This document shows positions 1-23,994 of a DNA stretch of 64,000 bases, in pieces. Under the pieces are notes generated by a model that was given only the letters and a program-made list of their open reading frames with translations, had not been told where the DNA came from and ran no database searches. The translations under genes were made by a program, and so were the position numbers. Numbering within the stretch: position 1 is the first letter of the stretch; each line of letters starts with the position of its first letter. Source of the DNA: Tubulanus polymorphus. Its lineage: Eukaryota > Animalia > Nemertea. The stretch is from positions 7,401,950 through 7,465,949 of the forward strand of contig NC_134026.1 of NCBI RefSeq assembly GCF_964204645.1, written 5' to 3'.

Positions 1-3000
1 AAACGTATTATCTTTTGTCCATCAGAGTGTACCGGGCCTATTCTGCCATGTACTTCAAAAACTATCCAAATGGCAAATCATGCCATGGAATGAGTTTTTA
101 ATCAAAGACATTGCGATCTGAGTTTAGAATCATGGAAATGATCCTGCACTGGCACCACCACTGGAGAATGAGCTACACGGACGTGAAATGAACAACGCTT
201 ATCTCATCAGAACTATCCCAACGTATGCAAATTAATTGACATCACATTCTGGAAACTATCTCTATATAGTTTTCCACGGTCGCTTTTAACTGTCCAGAAA
301 TATATAAGAAATTCCAACACTTTTTTATCGTTTTGCCGTGCCCTAGCCCGGGCTGTCAGCCGCGTTTTCAGTCTGGTCCATTAAAAAGACTGGTTGGCGG
401 TTACCTGTCCCGACTAACTCCGATAACTGAAGTTGGTCCTGTTTATTAGTCAACTAAATGAAACCGAATGCCAGGGTGAACTCTAGTTCGTTTATCTATC
501 AGAATATAGAAAAAAATGCGACTGATCCGGATCCATGCCGGACAATTTTGGTGGACGAGTGTGAAATCCTGAAGTTTGTCAGTGATGGACCATTGCTTGG
601 TTATCAAACCAATGTGTCATACGAGTTTAGATATTGGGAATATAACTTATCTAGATTTCCATTATATACATGCACTTTATTTCACACTATTACAGTCTAC
701 CGACAAAAGACGTGAAACTGGGGCCCCTGATTTTAAAATGCGATATAGAATAAACTTCCTAATTCTCTACAACTTCTCTCTCGTTTCTGATATATTTGTC
801 TTTATCCAGGGTTATTTCGAAATTCAGGACAAAATTACATAGTTTCTGGTTAGAATTTGGGTTTCAAGGATGGTTTTATCAGTGGTTTTAGTGTTTATTA
901 TTTGTGAAGGTTTCGGTTTTTTCGACTGTTTGCGAGATTTAGGTCACATCTGGTTTAATCACTTTGGCATTTTCAATCATTGATTCTCAGCAAATTTCAT
1001 TGTATATTGTGCGACAAATGACAAATTTAGAAAGACATCCCATCATAAAACGTAAAACTAAATGAGGTTTGTGATAAATTGCTGATTGTTTGAGATTGAG
1101 ATAATACTTATTTTATTTAGTCATATTTACTCATTAGGTCTATATAGAAATATTTATCATAAACCCTTCATGTTACGTAAACATGTGGTCCTGATGCTGA
1201 TGAACAGGGCTATCCAGAGACCAGAAAGGATGCACAGTCAATAAACAGTGAATTTCAGTATAAAGCCTCAATCGAAACGTACGCTAGGCGACGTTGAGCA
1301 ATTCTCGAACAACCGCCCGATTTGCTCGGCGTCGAACACGCTCGTCTGTGGCAACGGGAGACAGCGATGAGCTCAGACCACTATTCCAAAATCTTCTATA
1401 TCCTATAGTAAAAACAAGAAATTCGAGAGTTTAGTTCATATATAAGCGCGTAAATTCAGGGGAAATCCTGCTTATGGCTCATAGGCCAGCATCTTAGCTA
1501 CGCATTGAAGTGGTTTTCGCCCCACGTACCCAACCTAACTTTTGAAATAATCAAACCTTTAGAAAGGAGGGGTATCCCAGTACAGGTATGCCAGTACATC
1601 CGAGCCAAATATCTAAGGGAATCCCCCACCGTGTTTGGTACCCTTACTCCAAGCAAAAAAAGTCCAGGGAATCCCTTATTTCATCATCGATCTGTCTCTC
1701 AGGATCAATGGATTTCATACATATAACCGAAATTCGTTACCTATCCCATTTGCAGAAATTATGGCAACATTTATGGGGGACCTCTTCTTCACTCTAGGTA
1801 CTATTTTTGGGGTCTGGCCCTACGCATCTTCGAGCTACTAACCTAATTGTGGTCTGATGCCCGATTGCTCGTTGTAGAAAGACTGAAAATATCTCGGCTT
1901 CCGTCGCCGAGAAATTGTTTACCGATCACTCGGAGTTGCCCGTTGGCGAGAGACGCCAACGAGCAACTCATCAACTCTAGCCAATGAGTAAGCGAATAAT
2001 TACCATGCGGTACTTCAAATACGGCATCACCCGAGGTACGTAGGAGGGTGGCCATCTTGACGGCGTCAGGCACATGATACAAGTGGCGGGAAAGATCAAT
2101 CCGCTCAGCCAGTCTCTCCGTCGCACGTTGCATCCTCGCTTGAGGGATCCGAACTCGCTTCCAGTTCGTGTACGAATCCCTTGACGGGTGAAGATGTGTG
2201 CGTTATTTTTTCCCTTACTCACTGAACGTCGGTGCACATCGACACTGCGATTGGAGACAACTAGTTGCAAGGCAGTTTTCGGCGCATGAGAGGAACTGGC
2301 TGGATACGATCAGTTGCTTGAATGTGTCGATGTGAGCGAGCTTACGATTGGTAAGCGTCGATCTATCTCCAGTTCCAGCCAGTTGCCCATGTTCTACTTT
2401 TGAGCAACTGGTTGTACTCAATCGCAGTGATATCCGTCGATGTGCGCGCTCTGGATCTCGACGATCGACACGCGCCATGCAGTTGCTGCAACTGACCGGT
2501 TTTAACTAAAGTCTATCCCAGTGGTTATGATCGCGGTGCATCAAACAGTTCATATCATCGCAGATCTGGAACCCTGTGGTTTCTATGTGCTCAACCCTGC
2601 AAGTAACTGAGGTCAGGCAACTACTACATTCAAGAGTGAATAATACTAAAGTTTTCACATCCTGGTCATTCACTTCTCTTTATTCCTCTAGATTTGGTTT
2701 CTTCTTGTATATTCTCAAAGAACACCGATTACTTAAAATGTATTTAAGCATGGAATTTCGAGGATTAATTTCTTATTTTGTGCACTTAACAAAGCTAGAC
2801 ATGCGCAAATATGTTAACAAATGACTATTTGTGGATTTGATTATCATCTCATGAGTCGTACGTTCTGTGTTGCTATTTTGCTTACACACCGTCCAAATAT
2901 AATGTTTCAACTTGAAAATTAGTTCTGACACTTTCTAATGTAAACATTGACTTTGGTATCCTCGGAAAATATTCACTCTTGAATGCAACAAGACTTCAAA

Positions 3001-3694
3001 CTAATTTTTCCTTGCTAATTTCTCCATTTTCTTAGTGTAAGCTTCGAAAAGTTTTGCTCTTTATTCACTCTTGCCTGTAACTATAGTAACAAGCAGCTGG
3101 GGTCCGGCGAGTCAGCGATGCTCATGGTGAGTTTGACCACTTACAGCTGTCAGTATCAATTAAATTGTTGTTGATACTGGCTCTTTGAGAGTGGAAATGC
3201 CGCGATCATAACCACTGGGATAGACTGCGCGGGGAAATCGTTCGGTAGCAACTAGTTGTCTCCAATCGCAGTGTCGATGTGCGCTAGGCTTTACGGCCAT
3301 CATGCGGCACATAATTGAACAGGCAACCAGTCTAGGTAGAGGCCAGTCTACATTCGTAGACTGGTTACCTGTCCAATTCAATATCTAATTGAACACGATG
3401 TTGTAACACGATGATAATTTTCATCTACACTTCGATAATAATTCGGCCAAGTTCCCACTTAACATTACATAAGTTACAGAGATTTTGCAAGGAGACCCTA
3501 TGGTGCTGCCATCAAAGCAAGACTCAATCAATTCAATACGATTTCTTTACGTTGTATCAATTTTTTTTTTCAAATCTAAAATAAATCTTTGAGAATATTT
3601 GACTGAAATGTCAATTATCTCAGAAATCTCAGTTTCCGGAGGCCGAGAGGGGAGGTCAACGGTGAAGGTCGTTGTGAGGGATTGTGAATCCAAG

Positions 3695-4723
3695 ATGGCG
3701 TCTCAATTCTTACGGCTCGCTGGAACTCGTACTAATAGCGCAGTTAGAAATTACGCATCCGCACATGGCCCCTCAGCTACTGCTGGTCATGATGGTATTT
3801 ATCTCTTTAATCTGCTGTCGCTTTATTTAAACGGTTTAAATCCCTGAGGTCATAGCTAAATTAATGCAATCTGATCAATACAATCAAAATTAAGCTGTTT
3901 TATTGATTTGACTGGTTTTGCACTTCACTTTTTTCTCTACTAGGTGGTGGTAAACGATGGAAGATGTTATCACTTCTCGTAGCCATTCCCGGCGTTGTTT
4001 TATGTTGGATTAATTCCTATCAGAAAGAGAAGGAACACCATGAACATCACGTTCGACCCGAGTTTGTAGCATATTCTCATCTCCGCTTACGATCGAAGGT
4101 AAGCATACGAGAAAACAAGGCATCTAAGACTCAGTTCTGGAGATTTTTCAATGACTGAATATTTAGACTGATATTGAACATGAACTAATTTCAACTGTAG
4201 TTTCGACTTTGCTGATTGATAGGCCTAAATTACTAATTGTATCTAGTAATTTTGCTGCAGGGTTTCAGATCTGATTAGGGCAGTTGCTCTAAGTTAGTTT
4301 CTTTAGTAATGTTATTTTCTTAGCTGTCCACTGGCTTTTAACTTAAACCAACTGGCTTTTCCCAATCATAGTTTTTTGGTGAAATTTACCTCAGCGATTA
4401 TAAAACAATCTGATTGGTGCCGCAAGTTTTCATGCGGCAAAGCTGCGCATGTACCTGCGCACACGGTCTAGTGTGGCCAGGTTTCGTGTCGTGGTTTAGT
4501 GTAGTGATGCCATCAGGTTCGAATCCCTGTTGAGGGAAGCTGGGCCGACAGCAGTCCATTGCCGTCTGTCAGCAGTATCCCATCAGTCTGTCCACCAGCA
4601 TTATGTCATTTTCGCCATGTAACTGTGTGATTATATTTTCAGGCGTTCCCGTGGGGTGATGGTAATCATACTCTGTTCCACAATAAAGCCGTTAATGCAC
4701 TCCCTGAAGGATATGAAGACTAA
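3695..4723 (+). CDS. COX6A: Cytochrome c oxidase subunit 6A, mitochondrial (3 exons)
   Basis: Exons 3695-3794, 3944-4098, 4643-4723 with GT-AG introns in matching phase give [10 protein letters not shown]...[22 protein letters not shown]...[41 protein letters not shown]. The Arg/Ser-rich transit peptide, single TM helix and [28 protein letters not shown] signature match COX6A. Confidence 0.96.
4466..4540 (+). mobile_element. tRNA-derived SINE-like head
   Basis: B-box GGTTCGAATCC with an upstream TGGTTTAGTGT A-box-like motif. A homologous copy lies on the minus strand at ~53513-53585. Other tRNA-like relics at ~56928-57005 (+) and ~49725-49785 (-). No clean cloverleaf. Confidence 0.55.
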
Positions 4724-5328
4724 CTCTAGTGAGGGGAACCGTGTGTTCATTTAGTTTATCGCGTGATTTATAGATAAGATCAGATCAGATTCAGTTTCAA
4801 TGTTTGTGATTTATATATTAAATAGAGGTTCAGTCCAAAAGGTCGTGTTGTTTAACTAATAAATTAACTACAAATCATTTCCATTTATTCTTATTTCTTG
4901 TTTCCTTATTTTTTAAAGAAAAGTTGAAGCTTCATTGGTTTCGATTGGTAGAAAAGTGCTGAACTAGAGGATTCAGAGAGACAGCCGAGGAGAGAGAGAC
5001 TCCTCTGACTGTGATAAAAACATTAAAACTTTCGAATGCACATTTTAAGGAAGACTCATTTTATTACCATAATTAAATTCAGCATTGTATAATCAATATG
5101 AGACAGATCATTGTGACTCGTAGGGGACAAGGGGAATGGCTACTAATTCAAACAACTGGACCTAGGTCGATGAGAGTTACATCTGGATCCAGTATGATGA
5201 GATGTACCAGAATCCAGTTTATGATTTCTTTAGACCAGGATCCGGCTTATGAGACTATTCGTTGAATGCAGTTCTATGTGACCTAGGTTAAATCTAGACC
5301 TGTTCAACAGTTGTGAGTTATAAGTGTA

Positions 5329-5774
5329 TACAGTGGAACCTCATTATTGGAACTTCATGGGAGCAGAAAATTTGTTTGTTATATCCATCCTCGCATGCCA
5401 GGGTTTGGTTGCCGCACGTCAAAGCACATGTTTGAATAAACCCTGGCCGCAAACCCTTCATTGGTCTAATACAGGCAGCAGTAGCCATCAGTCTATGTAT
5501 TATCGGTAAGCCAATCAGATGCGTTGTTTTTCACCAACAGTTTCGCTCAATCAATACAACGCATCTGATTGGCTTAATACATAGATTGATGGCTGTAGCG
5601 GCAATCTGTCCGCCAAATCTTGGGTAATGTAATAGACAAATGAAGGGTTAGTGGCCAGGGTTTATGTTTGCATGTGCTTCGGCGGGTGTCAACCAAACCC
5701 TGGCAAGCGTGGATGGTTAGGCCTATATCCGGTATGAAATCATTGAAACTTTCCTATTCTTGAGGTTCCACTGT
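5329..5774. mobile_element. Tc1/mariner-type MITE interrupted by a second foldback MITE (5385-5716)
   Basis: Outer ends TA|CAGTGGAACCTC ... GAGGTTCCACTG. Inner ends CCATCCTCGCATGCCAGGGTTTGGTTG / CAACCAAACCCTGGCAAGCGTGGATGG, palindromic along its length. Confidence 0.8.
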
Positions 5775-5798
5775 GTCTTGATAATCAGCAGTCGGTTT

Positions 5799-8700
5799 TT
5801 ATTGCGTAGGACGTAATGCTTGAGGTAATGGAATGCCCATAAACCATCTAGCAGCTAACCAATCATTCATCCATACCGGTAAATACAGAGAACCATACAC
5901 GGACGCCTACAAAATACAGAGAAGCATAAACTTAAACCTACAAAATACTGAGAACCATAAACTGAAACCTACAAAATACTGAGAACCATAAACTGAAACC
6001 TACAAAATATAGAAAACCATAAACTGAAACCTACAAAACATACAATATATATATGCTTTACTGTATGTACTCAGTACATACAGTAAAGCATAAGGATTGA
6101 TTAAGGCCAGGTTAACTACGATATATCATAATACTCTTGGCCAAGTTCCACAGTTGTGAGTTAAAGTTAACTCTGAGTTAAAATCAATTTATTTCCAATG
6201 AGAGAATCAAATTTAACCCACAAGTTCTGTGGAACCGGATCCTAAAAATTATGAGACTAAAAATATGACATGACTTAAAAGTACCTTGTTGGATGATGAC
6301 TGACTAACTACATCTAACGAGTTAACTGTTTAATGTAGCATTTATTATGTTATTTATCCTTCAATTAAACGAAAATTAGGATGAAGGCATCAGAGTGAGT
6401 ATCGCATTGACAGGTACAGGTATAATCTTACCTTACAGAAATCATAGATAGGATGATTGCCACCTCCGATTAGATAATGATGTTCAGGTTCCTCACTGAA
6501 TAAACCCTCGATGTAAGCATCTATGACGGGTTGAGTCGTTGGAGCTTTGATTTTTAGAAATGGTTCCGATCCTTTAATTTGACTATCGATATAGCCTCGT
6601 CCGTATACAAGCTTCTGTTCTTGGGACATACTCTCCCAAATTGTATTCATGCATTTATTCACGTTTTCCATCTGTGAAAATAGACAACATTGAAAACTTC
6701 AATATTTTGCATGTTTATGTGCAAGGAGGCTCAAGCAGTAGAGCTCTAGTCTACAGCAGACTCCACTTGTCTTAAATCTTCTGTTTCGCCTCTTATCTCG
6801 CAGGACTGCAAGTGAATTCCAGGGAGCGTAAAATTTTGAATATTTTGTCACGCAAGGCAAATTAATCAGAGGCAATCAGCTCTGTAGCAGTCTAGGAGTC
6901 TTCTGTACAGCGGTAGCTTCTTTATACAGGTAAACTTTAAATTACAGACAACATCTTGAAATTACAGTCGAATTTATAAAGTCATATTTTCATTAGAATT
7001 CGTTAGAATTATAAAAGGGGCAACCATGAAAAAATGTGGATAATAGATACGGTAGTAGATTGCATGTAGTCATACGTTATGAATTCCGGTTGTCGCTCCA
7101 TAGTTTCCCGGTTCAACGATAACGACTTCGATTCCCCATCGTTTCATTTCAATACGTAAACAAGTTGAATAAGCTTCTAAACCCCATTTACTGACGCAGT
7201 ACGCGCTCTGTAGAGGCCACGCACTTCTTCCTTTTACGCTAGTTACATTCACTATACGCCCTACAACACAACAATTATATCACCGTTAATTCATCTGTAC
7301 AGTTTCCCCTCTTTCATGCTCTCGCACACGAGCGAATTTTGCGTACGCATTTAGCCCTGCGCAAAATGATGCGTACTCATTTAGCGCAGAATATAGGGCC
7401 GCGCAGAATGTAGGGCCGCGCAGAATATAGGGCCCCACACACGAGCCGAACACTGCGCTCAGCAAAGGGAGCTATGGCAAGCACGTATGCATTATACAAC
7501 CATATTTACTGCATATCTGCACCATTTACTCGCGACTTTTGATTGCCCTTGTCAAATCTATTTGAATATGAAGAAATTTTTCTGTTCTTATCATATCTAC
7601 ATCGGGATTAAAAGTCTTGCCCGGGGAAAATTATGATTTTGATAATTTAAGTAATCCCATATCAACATTAAGTTATATTCATGTCATAAATCAGTGTTTT
7701 TCTAATCTAAAGTCAATATACTAGCCGCTATCATCAGTTTTTAGTAATGACACATGCACATTGATGATGAATGAAACGCAAATAGCCCTGAGTTGCCCGC
7801 ACACGAGAGCGCAGTTGGCGCTGCGTCAAAAAATATCAAACATGGTAGATATTTGGCGAACGACAAAATGCGCCCGCACATGAGCCGAAAACAGCGCTGC
7901 GCCATTTGCGTACGCAGTTTTCGGCTTGTGTGCGGGGGCCTTTACAATGCCTATATACCTCACACCTCGAGTAATAGGCCTAATAGATTTTTCTACTCAA
8001 GATAAACTAAAGAGCATCACAAAATATCACAGTTATTACTGGTAGTTGAATCTAATGACAACCTATACACAAGCGAAGCTTTCATAACAGAACACCTAAA
8101 GCTTCCCGTTCTTTTTTAGGTAACTTCAAAATATGACCATAACATGAATCACATTTACTATTCGTACTGTTCGTGTGCTTCTCGTTGTACATTATTTTCA
8201 ACAAGAAAAAAACTTTCAGCTTTTCTCGAATGAGAAAGCTTCGGTTCTTAACAATTATTCTTCACATACTGTAGTACCCTCCCTCTCCGTCTCCATCTCC
8301 TTCTCCCCATACCTATCCCTCTCTCTATCATATTTCCTCTCTCTTTTTAATTTCTCACCTTGCTGTTTTCGTATTAGTGGTATAGCCGCGTTTGTCACTC
8401 GAATGGCTCCGAATAAATTCACATCACTTACTTTCTGATATTCACTGATAGAAGTGAGTTCGGCATCTCCAGAATAATTCACACCGGCATTGTTTAATAC
8501 TGCCCACAAACCTACAACAAATCATCATACAGAATAGAGAAATAGAGACTTCAACCCACAACAGCAAGCGGTTAATCATCAGGGCGGCCACTTTTATTTG
8601 ACTTGCTTTTCCCCCAACTTTAACTTAACTCAAATTTCCTTGACTTTTCCCTGATCTTTAGCTTTTGCAAAATTCCCTCACTATTCCCCGTCTTTTTTTA

Positions 8701-10916
8701 AGAAAAGAAATTCCCTGATTTCCCGATCATGAATATTGACAATTTCATTAACACAACGCCTTATCCAAATGACGACTTATACTTAGTAAATTGAATTAGA
8801 ACAAATTGTGACTAAAAAATAGAGACAACTTCAGTAATGTGTAGACTCATCAGATGATGACTTCAAATGTATTCGTACTCACCATCAGGTTCATTCAGTT
8901 TGATACACTCAATAGCCGATTTAACGCTTTCATCGCTAGTGACATCTAATGGCATAACACGTAAACGTTTTGAGCAGGTCGAGCTCAGCTCCGTGGCACC
9001 CTTTCCTTCAGGGAATAAGCACCCCGCGTAGACTATACAACCGAGTTTATCTAACTCTATAGCGATATCGTGTCCAAATCCTAAAAATACCAGCAGAAAA
9101 TCCTAGATTTTTTATGCCAGCAGAATCTATACAATTACAGCCTCATCAAACGTTGTATTGATTTTGAAATATTTTTCGTGTACAAACTATTTTCACTGAT
9201 TCAAGTTTGTCGAATAATAATAATCTAATAATAATAATAATAATTTATTGAGCCTAAAATCCATATAAAATATGCTCATTGGCTTTACAATATAAAAACA
9301 CAATTTAAACATAAAGATAGAAAAAACAATTTACATCATCAGTTAAAAGCTTCAGTGAACAAATGGGTTTTAAGTTGCGATTTAAAAACATCAGTAGAAG
9401 GACTGGATTTAATTGCATCTGGTAAGGAGTTCCAAAGTAGTGGGGCGGAGTAAGAAAAGGCCCTGTGACCCGCAGAGACTAGATTGACACGAGGGATGAC
9501 TAGAAGTGATTGACTGTTTGATCTTAACACTCTAGAGGATGCCTTGTATTGCACTAATGATTTCAAATATTGTGGGGCCTGACAGTTCAAGGATTTATAA
9601 GTAAGAATCAAGATTTTAAATTGGATGCGGTATTTGATTGGAAGCCAATGCAGATCGTATAGAATTGGTGTTATGTGACAAAATTTTGAGTTTCGAGTCA
9701 GGATCCGGGCAGAATTTTGAACACGTTGTAATTTATCTAAAATGTTGTCAGGGAGGCCAAAGAGTAAAGAGTTGCAATAGTCAAGAGTTGTCACAAAAGC
9801 GTGAATAAGGCGTACAGCAATTCCTTGATTCAAAAACTGTCTGATCTTAATAATGTTTCTAAGGTGATAGAAAGCTACAGAGCATAAGTGGTTTACATGT
9901 TTTACCATGGACATGTTCTGATCAAAAATGACGCCGAGATTACGTAAGGAGTGAGATGAAGTAATTACAGCATCATCAAGATTGAGATCAAATGTGCGAA
10001 GCTTAGTAAGCTGTGATGGAGAGCCAATAAGGGAGAACTCAGTTTTGTCACCGTTTGCCTGAAGAAAGTTTAAATCCATCCAATATTTAAGTTCAGTTCG
10101 AATCTTCATTTGAAATGATTACTCCAAGGTCGAATTCAGTATGTCCCTAAACCTGGACCCAGTTTATAGGATTCATTTCAACCTCTATAGGAATGAATCT
10201 ATCTTGGATCTGTATCACAGCTGTGATTTACGTCCAAAAAAAAATCATTGGTCTTTAATTTGAAGACTGGTCATAGATTGTTAGATTGACGTGAGAAATG
10301 ATTTCAACTAAGCTCAGAGGTGGACCCAGCCTACCGCTACAAACTTGGTAGTAGAGCTCTTCTATTTAAAAATTTCTAGTTCTGGTAGATGTAATTTAAA
10401 ATGGCCAATTAATTGGTAAACTTCTTTTTTTATTAATGATTTTTCTTAAACATGTCAAAATGTCATATATTGTGGATGCAGAGAAGGATTTGATGCCCCA
10501 ATTTGACTCGTTGCATCTCAGAGCCCTGAAATTTTCTATAATATAGGTGCCCTTGCATAGCTGAGCAGTACTCAAAAACCTAGGCTAGATCCGTCCCTAA
10601 AGCGCGCAACAGGACCCAGGTTTTACATGAAAGTTATCCTCTTTCTGGCCAGGCTTGAATTTGTGGGTATTCCAGGAAGAGTGATGCTCACTAGAGGAGT
10701 CCGGTCCTAGGCTAGCTCACCTGTATCGCAGCCTGTTATTAAAACAGTTTTATCAGTTTTAGGTAAATGTTCTGGTTGATATTTGACCATGCACGAAACG
10801 CCGAGTAGAAATAGCATACTCCCGATAAACATCATCATCTTGTCATCATCATTCAACACGTAAATTATACCAGATATCATCAATAAAACAACCCCTAAAA
10901 TCCTCGCTGACGCCAT
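5799..10916 (-). CDS. Short-chain dehydrogenase/reductase, BDH1/RDH/17beta-HSD2-like, with N-terminal hydrophobic segments (6 coding exons)
   Basis: Minus-strand exons 10916-10721, 9080-8883, 8511-8359, 7260-7076, 6671-6432, 5906-5799 splice in frame. Motifs: VLITGCDTGFG, LDVT, LWAVLNNAG, GRIVNVTS, catalytic YCVSK, VEPGNY. A probable non-coding first exon has its donor near 12345. Confidence 0.9.
7430..7943. mobile_element. PIF/Harbinger-like MITE
   Basis: Inverted ends GGCCCCACACACGAGCCGAA / TTCGGCTTGTGTGCGGGGGCC with subterminal repeats; a related fragment lies at ~7322-7430. Confidence 0.6.
9213..10109 (-). mobile_element. 5'-truncated L2/CR1-group LINE (RT C-terminal region plus 3' tail) in an SDR intron
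   Basis: The 256-aa ORF 9339-10109 has LxxNxDKTE, RNLGVIFD, LDYCNSLL, HITPILxxLHWLP and FKSQLKTHLF. It is followed by an L2-type tail (gtaaagcc..tgag..aggctcaataaat) and a (TAT)n microsatellite at 9213-9245. Confidence 0.9.
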
Positions 10917-11117
10917 CTGCAAATAGATACAAAAATTACATCAGCGGATGAGGTAGGGGTAAGGGCCAACCCTCAAATTCTTCTAAAGCACTCAGGCCAG
11001 GCCATGGTGACCTGTCTGTGGTTTAGTTTCACAATCGAATATCTTCACAAACCACATTAGTATAGGGAGTGATTTTGAATCCGTAGACCCTGATAATTAG
11101 TAAGCAGATTCGGGGGG

Positions 11118-11673
11118 GGGGGGCGGATCTAGGATTTTTCAAAGGGGGGTGGCTGACAAAATGTAATGAAGACACTGCGACTAGCGAGCCGCTCCACATT
11201 TAGAAAATTTTGAAAAATCCTCGGGAAAATGGTGCAATTTGACAGCATTTGTGCGGTGGTTTCAGTGAAAATCATGACATCCTGTTCCGTGGCCAGGATG
11301 AGGTGTTGATAATTTTAATGAGATGATTGGGGGAAGCTTAGCAGGTCATTTTTCAAACATTTGTCATCATAATTTACAATTTGTCATGGTACTGGTTTTG
11401 GAAATTTTTTGACACAGATTGGGAAAAAGTCAAATAGTTTTGGTTGGGAAAATGACCGTTTAGCGGATACATATACGGCCTAGCAGAATGGCTGGAGATA
11501 CACTAACTTATCTACAAGCAATCATCTCGATGATTGCTCGTAGCATAGGGCGTCATACAATAGGTATATAATACGAAGTCACAACGCTACTGTTCAAGCC
11601 CCTTATAAAATTCTTTGGAAGGCATTTGAGGGGGTGGCTAGCCACCCTATTCACCCCCCCTAGATCCGCCCCT
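11118..11673. mobile_element. hAT-like MITE
   Basis: GGGGCGGATCTAGG ... CCTAGATCCGCCCCTG inverted termini. Confidence 0.7.
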
Positions 11674-11736
11674 GGCCAGTACGAAAGTGCAATTTAGTGG
11701 CTAGGGTAAATAGATCTTAATTTTTGCCTTTGATGA

Positions 11737-11835
11737 AAGAGACGAAAATGCCACAGCAAGGGCTCGTACCGAAAGAGACGAAAATGCCACAGCAAGGGCC
11801 CGTACCGAAAGAGACGAAAATGCCACAGCAAGGGC

Positions 11836-11892
<57 letters not shown>

Positions 11893-12270
11893 CCTGGGCG
11901 GGGTCAAAAACTTTTATTTGTGTGTCACTCTCAGCAGGCCCCTGTGTAGTCAGTAACCTGTCTGTGGTTTAGTTTCACGATCGGATATTTTCACAAACCA
12001 CATGTTGGTATAAGCCCATCCGATTATAAAAAGCTTACCACCAACGATTAGGTAACTAACTAGCCCCTGTGTAGTCAGTAACCTGACTGTGGTTTAGTTT
12101 CACGATCCGATCGGATATTTTCACAAACCACATGTTGGTATAAGCCCATCTGATTATAAAAAGCTTACCACCAACGATTAGGTAACTAACTAACTAACGA
12201 CTAACTAACTAACTAACTACCTGGGGCGGGCGGGGTCAAAAACTTTTATTTGCGTGTCACTCTCAGGTCC
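11737..12270. repeat. Compound repeat: 39-bp unit x3, (CTAA)n microsatellites and a ~125-bp tandem duplication
   Basis: GAAAGAGACGAAAATGCCACAGCAAGGGC x3; (ACTA)n at 11836-11892 and 12185-12220; 11939-12060 is repeated at 12064-12190. Confidence 0.9.
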
Positions 12271-13966
12271 CTGTGGTGTTATCCAAAGATTGACAGCTCA
12301 CAATAAATCAATCAATTCAAACGTTAACTATAGTTTATCTCACCTTAATCGTTCTTTTTGTTATGGTGACCTTAGTACTTTCACAATACGACTTTTTAAA
12401 GACGAATTTAAATTTCGCATGTGTAGTGTGACATGCGCCTGTAGAATTGCTACATGCGCCTGTGAACTGTTACATGTCCGGTTAGCGGTGGCAGCCACGT
12501 ACGGTTTAATACTCGGGAACCCTGGGCATTTCGGGATTAACCCACCAAGATCCGTATCCACGCTGCATTTCCCAGTTAATCCGCCAATCCTCCCTGGTCC
12601 AAGTTCATCCATCTTCACTGCTCCAGTAAACAAGAAGTCAAATAAATAGCAAAAATCTAAGCTCCAGTTAATATTTTTATTGACAATTAAACATGATCAC
12701 ATATAATCATAAACCATCCAACATCTTCCTCTTTCATAAATATTCTTGTCTTAAATACTATTTAATTCTTAACAAGTGTCTTAAAATCTTTTTTCTAAAT
12801 CTATTCTAAAACAACATCACTCATTTCTTGGGTAGATGGACTATCGGTAGCTATTTAGAGCTGGCTCTGAAGTGTGGGGTCACTACCATTAGACCGGTAG
12901 GCTATCCTAATTACCCCCCCCCCCAGATCTCTGGGCCACTATACCCCTCTAATATGACTTCTAGTTCTAAAATCAGTTTTCAAACTTAAACCGGAGTCAA
13001 TTTCTGTCATTGATACCGTACGACTGGTGGATAGCAAATTACGACACCACGCATATTGTGACCTATCTGTAAAACTTTTACAAGAAAAAATATCCTTTCA
13101 TAAACTTAAGGCTATAAATAAAATACGCTTAGCCAAAATATTTTACATTCAATTCAATTCAATTCAAATGCTTTAAAGCTAAAAAATCGGCAACTTATAA
13201 AATAATTCATATGTTTTAACATAATTTTTTTTTCACATTTACACAACATTTAGAACTACACAAAACATACATCAATAAATTAATTTGCTGCATTATTTTT
13301 ATACCCAATCCAAGGGGAATCTAGAAACTGCTAACTCCATGAATTGAGTTTAAGACTCAGCTAGGGCCTAGTTGCATGGACCTGGTCTTCAATTTTAATG
13401 GTTAGATTGATTTGAGAACCGGAACTATAAATGGGCTTAGAATGGCTAGAACAAAGATGACTACAAAATGAGTTAATGCCGGTCTTTACTAAGCCTTTAA
13501 ACAATGCAACCAGGTCCTGGATCCAGCTGCACAGTTCTGGACCTAAATGTGTGGAAATGGGTCCAGAACTGTAAAACAGGATCCCGAGTTAGATTTTATT
13601 CTAAAGTATCTAAATAATTAGAATAATTGTACCCGGTTTTTACCATCTTCTATACTTTGTATGACACATAGCTCGACAATACAAACAAACATTGTATAAA
13701 TATCTACAATACTGATAGAGAGAACGAGGCCATGAACATCGAATGAGGCCATGAACCTCAAAGAAAAATGAATAGTTCGTAGAAAAATCACCGGGGGGCG
13801 CAACACGCGTTGTATATTAGAATATGAAATAAATCATTTACAGAATCGGTTAACAACAATACACCCAGGGACTGTATATACCAGTACTTCAAACAACAAG
13901 GCACTTAATCCAATCAGATCATCCGTCACTTGAATCCACTGAGTTTATCCAATATAATCCACTGAG

Positions 13967-23994
<10,028 letters not shown>

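Noticed and set aside
1-270. Degraded LINE reverse-transcriptase tail
   Set aside because: Only a faint resemblance with several frameshifts; not supportable without a search.
1843-2478. Three overlapping minus-strand ORFs
   Set aside because: No recognisable domain or splice structure; they lie in GC-rich palindromic transposon-like DNA.
4466-4540. tRNA gene
   Set aside because: B-box present but acceptor and anticodon stems cannot be formed; a diverged dispersed copy indicates a SINE.
11836-11892. Interstitial telomere
   Set aside because: The unit is CTAA/TTAG, not TTAGG or TTAGGG; an ordinary tetranucleotide microsatellite.
12254-12649. Overlapping 131-aa and 90-aa ORFs between the SDR and JAK
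   Set aside because: No domain similarity; the region fits the SDR promoter/first exon (two ACATGCGCCTGT NRF1-like motifs).
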